Positions 12,835 to 23,114 of a stretch of 64,000 nucleotides of DNA are shown here, in pieces (position 1 is the stretch's first letter; every line of letters starts with the position of its first letter). The notes beneath the pieces are model-generated. The model was not told where the DNA came from. It saw nothing but the letters and a program-made list of their open reading frames with translations, and ran no database searches. A program made the translations under genes and the position numbers. The DNA comes from an uncultured delta proteobacterium (lineage in GTDB: Bacteria; Myxococcota_A; Polyangia; Polyangiales; Polyangiaceae), in contig CAWAIF010000003.1 of NCBI GenBank assembly GCA_963782055.1, positions 2,080,001-2,144,000 on the forward strand. Direction: 5' to 3'.

Positions 12835-13458
12835 ATGGACGAGTGGGTGCTGCTCCGCCGCTACGACGACGGCTTCGAGGCCGAGCTGGCCCGTAACTTC
12901 CTGCGGGACCACGGCATCGCGGTCGGGGTGCGCGGCAACAGCGGCGCCACCAGCGTGATCAACCGGTTCGACAGCGTGCTCGACGTGCGCCTCGTCGTGC
13001 GGCGAGAGGACCTCGCGCTCGCGCGGGAAGCGCTTCACGCGATGGAGGCGCCGCCCGCCTGCCAGGGGGAGGAGCCGCTGGAGGAGATGGACATCGTCGC
13101 GGGCCACCCGTACCGCGCATACGCCGCGCGCGGCGAGACGATGCCTCGCTACCGGCGGGCCGCCTTCGCGCTGGCGCTCGTGCTGCCCATCGGCGCCGGT
13201 CACTTCTACGCGCGGGAGGAGACGGCGGGGTTGGTCTTCGCCGGGAGCATCGCCGCGACCCTCGCCGCGGCCGCCGTCCTGGGCGAGCGCTGGCTGGCCG
13301 CCGGGTGGATGCTGATGGCCCTCGCCGACGCGGTCGGGGCGGTCGCGGCGGTGCGGCGCCACAACGCGGGCGCGCCCCTGGGCCGACGCGCGCAGGCGCT
13401 CCGCGCGTCCGGTGCGGTGATGGCCGCGATGCTGATCGCCGCCGTCGTGGCGCGCTGA
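12835..13458 (+). CDS. DUF2007-like N-terminal domain membrane protein
   Basis: W...YDDGFEAELARNFLRDHGI...VRLVVRREDLALARE, followed by several TM segments (IGAGHFYA). Confidence 0.65.
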   Translation: MDEWVLLRRYDDGFEAELARNFLRDHGIAVGVRGNSGATSVINRFDSVLDVRLVVRREDLALAREALHAMEAPPACQGEEPLEEMDIVAGHPYRAYAARGETMPRYRRAAFALALVLPIGAGHFYAREETAGLVFAGSIAATLAAAAVLGERWLAAGWMLMALADAVGAVAAVRRHNAGAPLGRRAQALRASGAVMAAMLIAAVVAR

Positions 13459-13534
13459 GGGCGGTCGCGGCGCTGCTGTAAGGTCCGGGGCGACCGCGCC
13501 GTTGAGGCTCTCGTACGCCATCAAGGAGACCCCC

Positions 13535-15061
13535 ATGCGCCGCGTCCTCTTCGCCCTTGGCCCCCTCGTCCTCGCCGCCTGCGGCGCTCCGTATCGCGAC
13601 GGCGCACCCGCCTACGCGCCCGCGGCGTACGGCTCGCCCACGTCCCCGTCGCTCGCCGGCGCCGCCATCGCCGACGCGCCCGCCGGGGCGAAGGGCACCG
13701 AGCAATACCAGGACTACGGCGTGAACCCGGTGGTCGACCCGGCGAAGGACCGGCTGTCCACCTTCGCCATCGACGTGGACACCGCCTCGTACTCCATCAC
13801 CCGGCGCAAGCTCCTGCAGGAGCACACGCTGCCGCCCTACGCCGCGGTGCGCGCGGAGGAGTACATCAACTTCTTCGGCTACGACTACCCGCAGCCGAAG
13901 CAGGGCGCCTTCGGGGTCACCCTCGACGCGGCGCCGTCACCCTTCGAGAAGGGGCACTCGCTGGTGCGTGTCGCGCTGCAGGGAAAGCGGGTGCAGGGCG
14001 CCGACCGCAAGCCGGTGCACCTGACGTACCTCGTCGACACCAGCGGCTCGATGGACGCGCCCGACCGCATCGGCCTGGCGAAGAAGTCGCTCGAGATGCT
14101 CACCGAATCCCTCCGCCCCGGCGACACGGTGGCCCTCTGCACCTACGCCGGGAGCGTGCGCGAGGTGCTCGCGCCCACCGGCATCGACCAGCGGGCGAAG
14201 ATCCTCTCGGCGATCGACGACCTGGGCGCCGGCGGCTCGACGGCGATGTCCAGCGGCATCGAGCTCGCCTACCGCCTCGCCAGCAGGACGCTGGTGCCCG
14301 GCGAGGTGAACCGGGTGGTGGTGCTCTCCGACGGTGACGCCAACGTGGGCAACACCTCGCACGAGGCGATCCTCCAGACGATTGCACAGTACAAGGAACG
14401 CGGGATCACCCTGTCCACCGTGGGCTTCGGCTCGGGCAACTACAAGGACGTGATGATGGAGCAGCTCGCCGACAAGGGGGACGGCAACTACGCCTACGTC
14501 GACAGCGAGGCGCAGGCGCGTCACGTCTTCGGGGAGGCCACCGACGGCCTGCTGCAGGTGATCGCGCGGGACGTGAAGGTGCAGGTGGACTTTGACCCCG
14601 CCGCCGTCAGCGAGTACCGGCTCATCGGCTACGAGAACCGCGACGTCGCCGACAAGGACTTCCGCAACGACAAGGTCGATGGCGGGGAGGTGGGCGCCGG
14701 CCACTCCGTCACCGCGTTCTACGACGTGGTGTTCAAGCCGGGCGCGAAGGCCTCGCCCATCACGGTCCGCGTGCGCGCCAAGCCCCCGCTTGGCTCGGAG
14801 ACCGCCACCGAGACGAGCTACGCGCTCGACCGGGCGTCCATCGCCCCCACCTTCGACGCCGCCCCGCAGAGCTTCCGCTTCGCCGCGGCCGTCGCCGGCT
14901 TCGCCGAGATCCTGCGCAAGAGCCCGCACGCCCACTATGGCTTCGACCTCGTGGCGCGCATCGCCGAGGGCTCGACGGGCGACCGGCCGGGGCGGCGGGA
15001 GTTCGTCACCCTGGTGAACGCCGCGGCTGGGCTGTCCAGCTCGAGCGCGCTGGCGAAGTGA
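13535..15061 (+). CDS. VWA-domain lipoprotein (YfbK/DUF3520-like)
   Basis: AAGGAG RBS, LVLAAC lipobox, STFAIDVDTASY, MIDAS motif DTSGSM, LSDGDANVG, YRLIGYENR, DGGEVGAGHSVTA. Confidence 0.9.
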   Translation: MRRVLFALGPLVLAACGAPYRDGAPAYAPAAYGSPTSPSLAGAAIADAPAGAKGTEQYQDYGVNPVVDPAKDRLSTFAIDVDTASYSITRRKLLQEHTLPPYAAVRAEEYINFFGYDYPQPKQGAFGVTLDAAPSPFEKGHSLVRVALQGKRVQGADRKPVHLTYLVDTSGSMDAPDRIGLAKKSLEMLTESLRPGDTVALCTYAGSVREVLAPTGIDQRAKILSAIDDLGAGGSTAMSSGIELAYRLASRTLVPGEVNRVVVLSDGDANVGNTSHEAILQTIAQYKERGITLSTVGFGSGNYKDVMMEQLADKGDGNYAYVDSEAQARHVFGEATDGLLQVIARDVKVQVDFDPAAVSEYRLIGYENRDVADKDFRNDKVDGGEVGAGHSVTAFYDVVFKPGAKASPITVRVRAKPPLGSETATETSYALDRASIAPTFDAAPQSFRFAAAVAGFAEILRKSPHAHYGFDLVARIAEGSTGDRPGRREFVTLVNAAAGLSSSSALAK

Positions 15062-15114
15062 GGAGCTGACGCCGAAAACTTGCGTACTCCGGCGGCTCGC
15101 GGCAGCTTGAGCGC

Positions 15115-15597
15115 ATGCTCCCCAGGTTGTTCGTCGCGGCCGGCGCCGCTGTGGCCCTCGTCGCGTGCGGAGGGGCCGCCCCGCACGAGGCGGCCCGGCA
15201 CCCCGGCGCCGCGGTCGCCTCGGCCAAGGTGAACGGCGCGGCCCCCAAGCCGTTGCCCGCGCCGGTGCTCTCGCTCAAGCGCTCGGAGGTCGACCAGATC
15301 GTGGCGGCGGGGCTCGGCGCCTTTCTTCAGCGCATCTCGCTCGACGACCACCCGGTCTTCCTCGCCGGCAAGTTCCACGGCTTCCGCATCGTCGCGCTGC
15401 AGGGCGGGCCGGCGGCGTGGGGCGGCGTCGACATCAAGCCGGGTGACGTCGTCACCTCGGTCAACGGCTTCCCCATCGAGCGGCCGGAGCAGGCGCTGCA
15501 GGCCTTCCAGTCGCTGAAGGTCGCCAGCGAGCTGCGCATCGACTACGAGCGCAACGGCGAGCCGCGATCGCTCCGGGTCGCCATCGTCGACGATTGA
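15115..15597 (+). CDS. PDZ-domain lipoprotein (GspC-C-terminus-like)
   Basis: ALVAC lipobox; GFRI...IKPGDVVTSVNG PDZ signature. Confidence 0.75.
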   Translation: MLPRLFVAAGAAVALVACGGAAPHEAARHPGAAVASAKVNGAAPKPLPAPVLSLKRSEVDQIVAAGLGAFLQRISLDDHPVFLAGKFHGFRIVALQGGPAAWGGVDIKPGDVVTSVNGFPIERPEQALQAFQSLKVASELRIDYERNGEPRSLRVAIVDD

Positions 15598-15606
15598 GGG
15601 GCGCGC

Positions 15607-17409
15607 GTGCCTGACCCGCCCGCGCCGCCGCCACCCGACGACAGGAAGGGTGGGCTGGACGAGGTGGAGCGTGCCCTCTCGGTGCTGGGTGGGCGGCACC
15701 CCGAGCAGGTGCGCGCGGAGCGCGAGGCGGCCGAGGCGGCGGCGCGCCGCCGGCGGCAGCTGGAAGGGGAGATGGCGGCGGAGCGGGCGGCGGCCCGGCG
15801 CCGCGTGCTCGTCTGGGGGGTGGCGGCGCTCGCCCTGGCCGCCGCTGGCTTCTTCACTTACCGCCGCGTGGCCGCCCGTCGTGCGCTCGAGGCCGCCGTC
15901 GGCGTGCCGATGGCTCCCTTGGAGGCCGCCGGCTTCACCCCGCTGCCGCGTTCGTGGACGGACTCGCAGGTGCGGGCCGAGCTCGATACCGCCGACGGCA
16001 CCTGCTACGCGCTCGTCGCCCTCCCCGCGGGCGCGAAGGTGCACGTCGACCGTCCCACCGGCGCGGCCGACGCCGTGAGCGGATCCATCATGTGTGCGTG
16101 CGGCTCGGAGCACGTCGTCGCCACCACGCCGCCGGGCGCCGGTCACGCGCTGCGCGTGCTGAGCGTCGCCGGCGCGTCGCTCGGCGGGCCGCGGGCCCTG
16201 GCCTTCCACTTCGCTCACGTCCCGCCGGTGCTGCCCGGCGCCGGCGCGTGCGCCGACGACATGCTCGAGTCGTGGGTGCAGAGCGGCAAGCTGCCGCCGG
16301 CGGACCTGGACGCGAGCTGGCTCGCCGCGCACCCGGCGATGAAGGAAGCGGGCTTCGTGCCCGTCGGCGCCGCCGCGCCGAACCTTCCGCTGGTGGCGGT
16401 CACCGCCGCGAGCCCCGACGCCGCCGCGGGCGCCGGCTCGCCCGCGAGCCCCGACGCCTCCGACGCCGGCGCCGCGACCGCCGCGGCGGCGCGTTGCTTC
16501 GTCGCCGCCAGCGACGCGCCGGGCGATCGTCTGGGCCTCTCCGGGCCGCGTGGCCTCCACCCCGTCGACGGCGCCCGCGGCGCGATCGCGTGGTGCGACT
16601 CCCTGAACGAGACGCTCCTCGTCTCGCGTAAGGGCACCGGAAAGGTCTACGTCTCCGCCGCGCCCTCACGGCGCCTGGGCGGCCCGCTGGGCCTGCGCGA
16701 ATTGTTGCAGACTGCAAGTATCGCCCCCGTGGAGGTGTGGGAGCCGGACGACGAGCGCGCCGCCCTCGCCGCCGACACCCTGCGCGCGAGCGTCGTGCCC
16801 GACCCCAAGGTGCGAGTGGCCGACGCGCTGCTGGTCGCGCAGGCCGCGGACGCGCGGGTGCTGGCGTTCTCCATCGCCGGGGGGCGCGCGTACGTGCCGA
16901 CCGACGCGCCCGACGCCTTCTTCCTCTGCGCCCCGCCGATGAGCGCCGCCACGCCCGACACCGTGTGCGTGCAGTCGCGCGCGATGGACTGGCACCTGCC
17001 CGGGCCCGACGTGATCGGCGGGGTCGCCTACGGGCCGCTGCCCTTCTGGATGGGGGCGCTGGCGGGCGAGAAGGACCCCGAGGTGCTCGGGCCGGAGATG
17101 CAGCTGCTCGCCCTCTCCCGCGCCCTGTCGCGCCGCGGCTTCGACCCGACCATCATCGAGGGCGTCACCGAGCGCCCGGACGGCGTGGAGATCCTCGGCC
17201 GCAGTGGGGAGGACGCGGTGGTGGCGGTGGCGGTGTGGCCCGCGCGCCCGTGGGTCCGCCCCTACACCGACGGCCCGTCCTGGGAGCTCGACGGCGGCCC
17301 CCGGGTCGTGCCCCTCGCGGGGGGGCAGCGCGTGGTGCTGCACACCGATGTGCGCGCGCCGGTTGGCCTCGACGCCCGCCGGACGGTCGTCTTCCGCCAC
17401 GCGCACTGA
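15607..17409 (+). CDS. Membrane-anchored hypothetical protein
   Basis: 600-aa ORF with high-GC codon pattern and one N-proximal TM helix (VLVWGVAALALAAAGFF). GAGGG lies upstream. Confidence 0.65.
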   Translation: MPDPPAPPPPDDRKGGLDEVERALSVLGGRHPEQVRAEREAAEAAARRRRQLEGEMAAERAAARRRVLVWGVAALALAAAGFFTYRRVAARRALEAAVGVPMAPLEAAGFTPLPRSWTDSQVRAELDTADGTCYALVALPAGAKVHVDRPTGAADAVSGSIMCACGSEHVVATTPPGAGHALRVLSVAGASLGGPRALAFHFAHVPPVLPGAGACADDMLESWVQSGKLPPADLDASWLAAHPAMKEAGFVPVGAAAPNLPLVAVTAASPDAAAGAGSPASPDASDAGAATAAAARCFVAASDAPGDRLGLSGPRGLHPVDGARGAIAWCDSLNETLLVSRKGTGKVYVSAAPSRRLGGPLGLRELLQTASIAPVEVWEPDDERAALAADTLRASVVPDPKVRVADALLVAQAADARVLAFSIAGGRAYVPTDAPDAFFLCAPPMSAATPDTVCVQSRAMDWHLPGPDVIGGVAYGPLPFWMGALAGEKDPEVLGPEMQLLALSRALSRRGFDPTIIEGVTERPDGVEILGRSGEDAVVAVAVWPARPWVRPYTDGPSWELDGGPRVVPLAGGQRVVLHTDVRAPVGLDARRTVVFRHAH

Positions 17410-17444
17410 CTCACCGCTGGAGCGAGTACTGCTAGGATGAGCGC

Positions 17445-18761
17445 GTGGGATCCCCTCGCGCCTTGCTTCCGCTTGCCGCGCTCGGCGGCCTCTTCGTCGC
17501 GGTGTTCGGCCAGAGCTGCGCCACGGCCGGACCGTGCCAGCACAACAGCGACTGCGACGTCGGGTTCTACTGCAACCTCGGCCGCGGCGCGTGCGTCCGC
17601 AACTGCGTCGACGCCGTCCGCGACTGCGCGCCCGGGGAGGTGTGCGACGTGAACGGGCAGTGCCGCTCCACCGACGGCGGCGTCCCGGAGGCCTCCACCG
17701 ACGGCTCCCCCGACGACGCGCCGGTGACGACCGACGGCCCCCCCGTGGTGGACACCGGCATCGACGTGTCGGTGAAGGACGGCGGCGGTCCGCTCGAGGG
17801 CGAGCTGGACCTGTGCGCGTCGGACGCCGAATGCAAGGCCGGGCTGCTCTGCCGCTCCCTCTACCAGGGCGGCGCCACGCGCTGCACGCGCACCTGCACG
17901 CAGAGCGCGCAGTGCTGGACGCCTGGCCGCTGCGTCACCATCAACAAGGACAGCTACTGCGTGTCCGCCGACGTGGGTCGCACGTGCGACGTCAACTCGC
18001 CCACGGCGTGCAGCTACGCCTGCGTCTCGCCGGGCTACTGCACCATGCCCTGCACCTCCGGCAGCGACTGCCCCGGCGGCTACGGCTGCGCGACCGTCTC
18101 CAACCAGAAGGTGTGCGTGCGCGCCGAGCAGTACTGCGGCCAGGGCGCGACCCAGAGCTGCACGTCCCTTCAGTGCGACACCGGCGTGCTCGTCTCCAGC
18201 TGCACGCTCCCCTGCACCGGCGCGAGCGACTGCCCCCAGCGCGCCTCGGTGCTGGCCAAGTGGACGTGTCAGGGCGGCTACTGCCGGCGCCCCGCGGACG
18301 TCTACGGTCCGCTCGCCCAGGGCGAGCCCGCGGAGTACGCGTGCTCGGGCAACACCGAGGTCGACCTGTGCAACGACGCCCAGCACATCGACTTCGACAA
18401 GTTCACCATCCCCAGCCCGCCCAGCCTGACGTGCCCGGTGGGCTCGTCGGTCTCCGGGGTGCAGGGGGACGCGTGCGTCGACACCTGCCGCTTCACCGGC
18501 GCGTGCGCCTTCGGGTATGCGTGCACCTCCGTCGGCAACCTCTCCAACGCCCGGGTGGGCCTGTGCCTGCCCTCCAACGGCGGCGGGGAGGTGGGCGACG
18601 CCTGCACCAAGGACCGCGACTGCGCCTTCGGCTACTGCAGCCAGAACAAGTGCTCGCGCGACTGCTCCGCCGACGGCCTCTGCCCGACGGGGTCCGCCTG
18701 CACCGCCGTGGGGGGCAACTACCCGAACGTCGAGGGGATCCCCTTCAAGCGGTGTCAGTAG
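17445..18761 (+). CDS. Highly Cys-rich secreted protein or lipoprotein (Dickkopf/EB-like modules)
   Basis: Hydrophobic N-terminus then GQSC, with repeated CxxxxDCxxGxxC modules. Confidence 0.8.
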   Translation: MGSPRALLPLAALGGLFVAVFGQSCATAGPCQHNSDCDVGFYCNLGRGACVRNCVDAVRDCAPGEVCDVNGQCRSTDGGVPEASTDGSPDDAPVTTDGPPVVDTGIDVSVKDGGGPLEGELDLCASDAECKAGLLCRSLYQGGATRCTRTCTQSAQCWTPGRCVTINKDSYCVSADVGRTCDVNSPTACSYACVSPGYCTMPCTSGSDCPGGYGCATVSNQKVCVRAEQYCGQGATQSCTSLQCDTGVLVSSCTLPCTGASDCPQRASVLAKWTCQGGYCRRPADVYGPLAQGEPAEYACSGNTEVDLCNDAQHIDFDKFTIPSPPSLTCPVGSSVSGVQGDACVDTCRFTGACAFGYACTSVGNLSNARVGLCLPSNGGGEVGDACTKDRDCAFGYCSQNKCSRDCSADGLCPTGSACTAVGGNYPNVEGIPFKRCQ

Positions 18762-18872
18762 ACGGTTTACACGGCTCTCCGCGGCAAGCTACCGTCTCCT
18801 CTCCTCCGGGACCCGGCGCCGGGTTATCTTCGGCGCGGGGCGGGCGCCCCAGGGCGTCCGGAAAGGCGGTCC

Positions 18873-19586
18873 ATGCATCCAGGTCTGCGCGTCGTCGCCA
18901 TCTCCGTGCTGCTGCTCGGGATTCCGCTCGCTCGTGATGCCTCCGCCGGGCAGGTCCGGGGCAAGATCAAGGGGGCGAACAAGCTCCTGCCCGCGGTCTA
19001 CGCCGACGCGGCCAAGCCGGACTCGCACCGCTACACGTGGCGCGAGCCCTCCCCGACTGTCCGGCAGGAGTTCCGGGCCCTCTCGGCCAACCCCTCCCGG
19101 GACATCTGCATCGCGGCGATCTCGTCCGGGCAGGCCCAGAAGCACGATCCCATCCAGATCACCCTGACGGGGGGGCACACCATCCCGACGACCATCGTGG
19201 TCTCGCCGGGCACGCTCCTCTCCTTCGTCAACCACGACCCCTTCCCCCACCGGCTCTTCCAGGTGGGCAACGACTCCTTCAAGGCCGAGGAGACGTCCGC
19301 CAACGGCCGCCGCGACTGGACGGCGTCCGGGCCGGGCCGCTACGAGTTCCGCGACGAGCTCTTCCCCACCGTGCGCTTCTTCGTGGTGGTGGATCCGGGC
19401 GTGGTGGAGGTGGTCTACCCGGGCCGCACCGGGTCCTTCGCCTTCCACGACCTCCCCGACGGCGACTACTACCTGAAGGCTTTCTTCGAGGGGAAGCCCG
19501 TCGGCAAGCCCGTCGCGGTGGTCGCGGCCAAGAGGACGGTCGACATCAAGGACCCCATCGACGTGGGCGAGGAGGCTCCCAAGTGA
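18873..19586 (+). CDS. Exported beta-sandwich protein (cupredoxin-like/carboxypeptidase-regulatory-like)
   Basis: Signal peptide ending ASA; VVSPGT..SFVNHDPFPH; GSFAFHDLPDGDYYLK. Confidence 0.65.
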   Translation: MHPGLRVVAISVLLLGIPLARDASAGQVRGKIKGANKLLPAVYADAAKPDSHRYTWREPSPTVRQEFRALSANPSRDICIAAISSGQAQKHDPIQITLTGGHTIPTTIVVSPGTLLSFVNHDPFPHRLFQVGNDSFKAEETSANGRRDWTASGPGRYEFRDELFPTVRFFVVVDPGVVEVVYPGRTGSFAFHDLPDGDYYLKAFFEGKPVGKPVAVVAAKRTVDIKDPIDVGEEAPK

Positions 19587-19629
19587 CCCTTCGCTCGACG
19601 TGGGCCGGCAAGTCCGGGAGTGACGCACC

Positions 19630-21459
19630 ATGATGCTCTTGTCCCGTTTCTGGTACGCGATCCTCGCCGTCCTGGCCGGGTTCGCGGTGTACTCGTTGAT
19701 GCTCTCCGTCGGCGAGTACAACCGCCGCAGCACCGTGGCGACGGACGAGTCGCTAGCTTCCGACACGCAGGTGGTCCGCTGGGCCCTGCAGATCGACTCC
19801 CGCCACCGGCTCGACGCCCTGCTCATCGGCTCGGTGGACAAGGGCGTGCAGGACGCGCTGGTCGCCACGATCGACAAGGACAAGATCCCGGCGAAGGCCA
19901 AGGCGGACGCCGCCAAGGCGCTCGTGGCCATCAGCCAGAAGCTGCCTCCGGAGTACAAGGAGGACGCCCTCTTCGCCGTCGACCGCAACGGCCGGGTGGT
20001 CGCGCAGGTGGGCTACGACAAGGCCAACGCGTTCGAGGACTTCGAGCTCGGCGGCTACACCGCCGTCAACGACGCCCTCCATGGCTACCTCCGCGACGAC
20101 ACCTGGGTGTGGGGCGGCGAGATCTACCGCGTCGTCGCGCGGCCGGTGGAGTACGACGTGACCCAGCCGCCGGCGGGCGCCATCATCGGCCTGAAGGCGG
20201 TGGACCGCACCTTCGCGCAGGACATCGCCAAGCTCACGCGGACCAACATCGCCTTTTACTCGCAGGGGCAGCGCGTCGCGTCCGCGGGCCAGGACGGCTT
20301 CGACGAGAGCCAGTTCGACCTCGTCACGACCGAGCTGCCCAAGCTCGGGGCCGACACCGCCTACAAGGACAAGGGCCGCACCGAGATCCGCCCGCTCGGC
20401 AAGGGCGTGCTCGACGGCATCTTCACCAAGCTGGACGGCGACGCCTTCGAGCTCGGCTCCGGCTTCGCGGTCGTGCGCCCGCGGGTGACGCTCGGCGGCC
20501 CGCTGGCCGTGCTGTCCAGCGCCGACGACACCGACAAGAAGGGCGTCAACCTGGGCCTCGTCATCGGCATCGTCGTCTTCGGCCTGATCGTCGGTGTGGG
20601 GCTGACCCTGCTCGAGCACGACCGCCCGATGCGCGGCATGGCCAAGCAGGCCAAGCGCCTGGTCAAGGGCGAGGTGGACCTGCTGCCGCTGCCGCTCTTC
20701 CGCGCCGGCTACCGCGACATCGCCACCGACATCAACGCCGGCATCGAGCGGGTGGCGGAGAAGGGTGGGGGAGCCCCCCGCAAGACGGCGGACCTGGAGG
20801 CCATCGTCGGCCCGGTGTCCGCGCAGCCCGCGATGAGCGCCTTCGCCTTCCCGCTCGCGGGCGGGGACGGGGGACAAGGGCCGGTGATGCCGCCCCCGCC
20901 CGGTCCCCCGCGCTCCGCCCCGCAAGCCGGCGGGTCGCCGGCGTCGGGGCCCAAGCCGCCGCCGCCCCGCCCCGCGCCGTCTCCCGGCCCCGCGGCCGCG
21001 CCGGTCGCGCCCAACCCGGCGCCGCCGTCGCCCCTGGCGTCGCTCCAGCAGCCCCCGACGAGCCCGACGGTCGTCGCGCCGATGCAGATCCCGCAGCAGC
21101 CCAACGGCCCGCCGCGCGCCGCCCCGTCGCGTCCGGGGGGCATGCCCGCCGCGCCCGGCAGCGGTCACGAGGAAGAGGAGGCGACGATGGTCGCGTCCGT
21201 CCCGCAGGAGGTGCTCGCGCGCGCCGCCGGCGCGGACAACCCGGACGAGGCCGAGTGGCCCATCGTGTACGAGGAGTTCATCAAGACCAAGAAGCAGTGC
21301 AACGAGCCGACCGAGGGCCTGACTTTCGAGAAGTTCCGTCAGACGCTCAAGAAGAACCGGGACGCTCTCGTCCAGCGCCACAACTGCAAGCGCGTGAAGT
21401 TCACCGTGTACGTCAAGGATGGCCGCGCATCGCTGAAGGCCACGCCCGTCAAGGACTAG
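19630..21459 (+). CDS. MXAN_5187-family membrane protein
   Basis: Two TM helices around a periplasmic sensor-like domain, a HAMP-like segment and a Pro-rich linker. The C-terminus VYEEF...CNEPTEGLTFEKF...VKFTVYVKDGRASLKATP is typical of this family. Confidence 0.75.
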   Translation: MMLLSRFWYAILAVLAGFAVYSLMLSVGEYNRRSTVATDESLASDTQVVRWALQIDSRHRLDALLIGSVDKGVQDALVATIDKDKIPAKAKADAAKALVAISQKLPPEYKEDALFAVDRNGRVVAQVGYDKANAFEDFELGGYTAVNDALHGYLRDDTWVWGGEIYRVVARPVEYDVTQPPAGAIIGLKAVDRTFAQDIAKLTRTNIAFYSQGQRVASAGQDGFDESQFDLVTTELPKLGADTAYKDKGRTEIRPLGKGVLDGIFTKLDGDAFELGSGFAVVRPRVTLGGPLAVLSSADDTDKKGVNLGLVIGIVVFGLIVGVGLTLLEHDRPMRGMAKQAKRLVKGEVDLLPLPLFRAGYRDIATDINAGIERVAEKGGGAPRKTADLEAIVGPVSAQPAMSAFAFPLAGGDGGQGPVMPPPPGPPRSAPQAGGSPASGPKPPPPRPAPSPGPAAAPVAPNPAPPSPLASLQQPPTSPTVVAPMQIPQQPNGPPRAAPSRPGGMPAAPGSGHEEEEATMVASVPQEVLARAAGADNPDEAEWPIVYEEFIKTKKQCNEPTEGLTFEKFRQTLKKNRDALVQRHNCKRVKFTVYVKDGRASLKATPVKD

Positions 21460-21462
21460 CCC

Positions 21463-23103
21463 ATGAGCAATCGCCGCCGGTCGTACGGCTTGCTGGCCGC
21501 CAGCGCCGCCGTCGTCCTCATCTCCTCCGCGCGCGACGCGCACGCTACCGACGTCCTGGAGTTCCCCGACAACGGCTCCGAGCAGATGGCGCGCGGAGGC
21601 GCGTGGCTCGCGCGCGCCTCCGACCCGCTCGCCGCGTTCTACAACCCGGCGGGCCTGGCCGGGCAGGACACCAAGCTGACGCTGCAGGCCAACCTGGCCT
21701 TCGAGCAGACGTGCTTCACGCGCGTGAAGGCGGCGGGCGACACCACGCTGGACCCCCTGCTGCCCAGCGGCAGCACCTACCCGAAGGTGTGCAACGACTT
21801 CGGCACCTTCCCCAACCCGCAGATCGGCTTCAACTGGCGGGTGAACGACCGCGTGGGCCTCGGCTTCCTCTTCTTCGGCCCGAGCGGCGTCGCCGGCACG
21901 GTGTGGCCGGAGTTCGTCCAGGACTCGAAGGGCACCTACCAGCCGTCCCCGCAGCGCTACCTCCTGCTCGACGCCAACACGCTGCTGCTCACCCCGACGA
22001 TCGCCGCGGGCTTCGAGGTGGTCGACAACCTCCGGCTCGGGGCGAGCTTCCAGTGGGGCATCGCCACCGCGCAGTTCTCCAACGCGTCGATGGGGCTCAA
22101 CCAGGACAGCCCCGACCCGCGCAGCAACGACATCAAGGCTCAGCTGAGCGCGTCGCAGCCCTTCATCCCCGGCTTCACCATCGGCGCGCTCTGGAGCCCC
22201 GCGCCGGTCATCGACGTGGCCGCGTGGTTCAAGTGGAGCGCGCCCATCGACGCCGACGCCGACGTCAAGACCTCCGCCTCGTACTGGAACCTGTCTCAGC
22301 AGGTGATCGAGGGCGACACCAAGGTCGCCGACTGCGGCACGGGCAACACCTCGGTGACGGTTTGCAAGCCTGGCATCGGGCACATCAAGGTACCCATCCC
22401 GATGGAAGCCAAGATCGGCTTCCGCTTCCACGTCCCCCGCTCGATGCACCCCGACCCTCATCACCGTGACCCGCTCTCCCAGGACAAGTGGGACGTCGGC
22501 GCCGACTTCACCTGGGCGAACGACTCGTCCTTCGACAACCTGGAGATCCGCTTCCCGGGGGACGCGCAGGGCAACGGAGTCATCCCGGTCAACGGCACCG
22601 GCGGCACGCTCCCGCCCAACGCCGACGTGCCGCACCACTTCAGCGACGTCTTCGGCGTGCGCGTGGGCGGCGACTACAACGTCATCCCCGACAGGCTCGC
22701 CGTGCGGGCCGGCGCCTTCATCGAGACGCCCGGGCAGGACAAGCAGTTCCAGAACATCGATTTCACCGGTGGCCCGCTGCACGGCGGGCTCGCGCTGGGC
22801 GCCACCCTCCGCATTCCGCTCAAGAAGGGCGCGGCGGGCGAGCCGTCGAAGGGAGGGGCGCTGGAGTTCTCCCTCGGCTACATGCACATGTTCATCGCCG
22901 ACAGCAGCAACAACGATCCCAACGCCTCCGGCATCCGGGCCCTCGCCGGCACGCCGTGCATCACCGGCAGCCCCACCGGCGGCGTCTGCAACAACGCGGA
23001 CGGCACCACCAGCCCGGCCTACCGCAGCACCTTCCCGATCAACCTCGGCACGATCGAGAGCTCCCTCAACGTCATCAACCTCGGCGCGTCCTACCGCTTC
23101 TGA
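21463..23103 (+). CDS. FadL/TodX/OmpP1-family outer membrane transporter
   Basis: Signal peptide; MARGGA..ARASDPLAAFYNPAGLA hatch motif; C-terminal GASYRF. Confidence 0.85.
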   Translation: MSNRRRSYGLLAASAAVVLISSARDAHATDVLEFPDNGSEQMARGGAWLARASDPLAAFYNPAGLAGQDTKLTLQANLAFEQTCFTRVKAAGDTTLDPLLPSGSTYPKVCNDFGTFPNPQIGFNWRVNDRVGLGFLFFGPSGVAGTVWPEFVQDSKGTYQPSPQRYLLLDANTLLLTPTIAAGFEVVDNLRLGASFQWGIATAQFSNASMGLNQDSPDPRSNDIKAQLSASQPFIPGFTIGALWSPAPVIDVAAWFKWSAPIDADADVKTSASYWNLSQQVIEGDTKVADCGTGNTSVTVCKPGIGHIKVPIPMEAKIGFRFHVPRSMHPDPHHRDPLSQDKWDVGADFTWANDSSFDNLEIRFPGDAQGNGVIPVNGTGGTLPPNADVPHHFSDVFGVRVGGDYNVIPDRLAVRAGAFIETPGQDKQFQNIDFTGGPLHGGLALGATLRIPLKKGAAGEPSKGGALEFSLGYMHMFIADSSNNDPNASGIRALAGTPCITGSPTGGVCNNADGTTSPAYRSTFPINLGTIESSLNVINLGASYRF

Positions 23104-23114
23104 CCCCAGGCAAC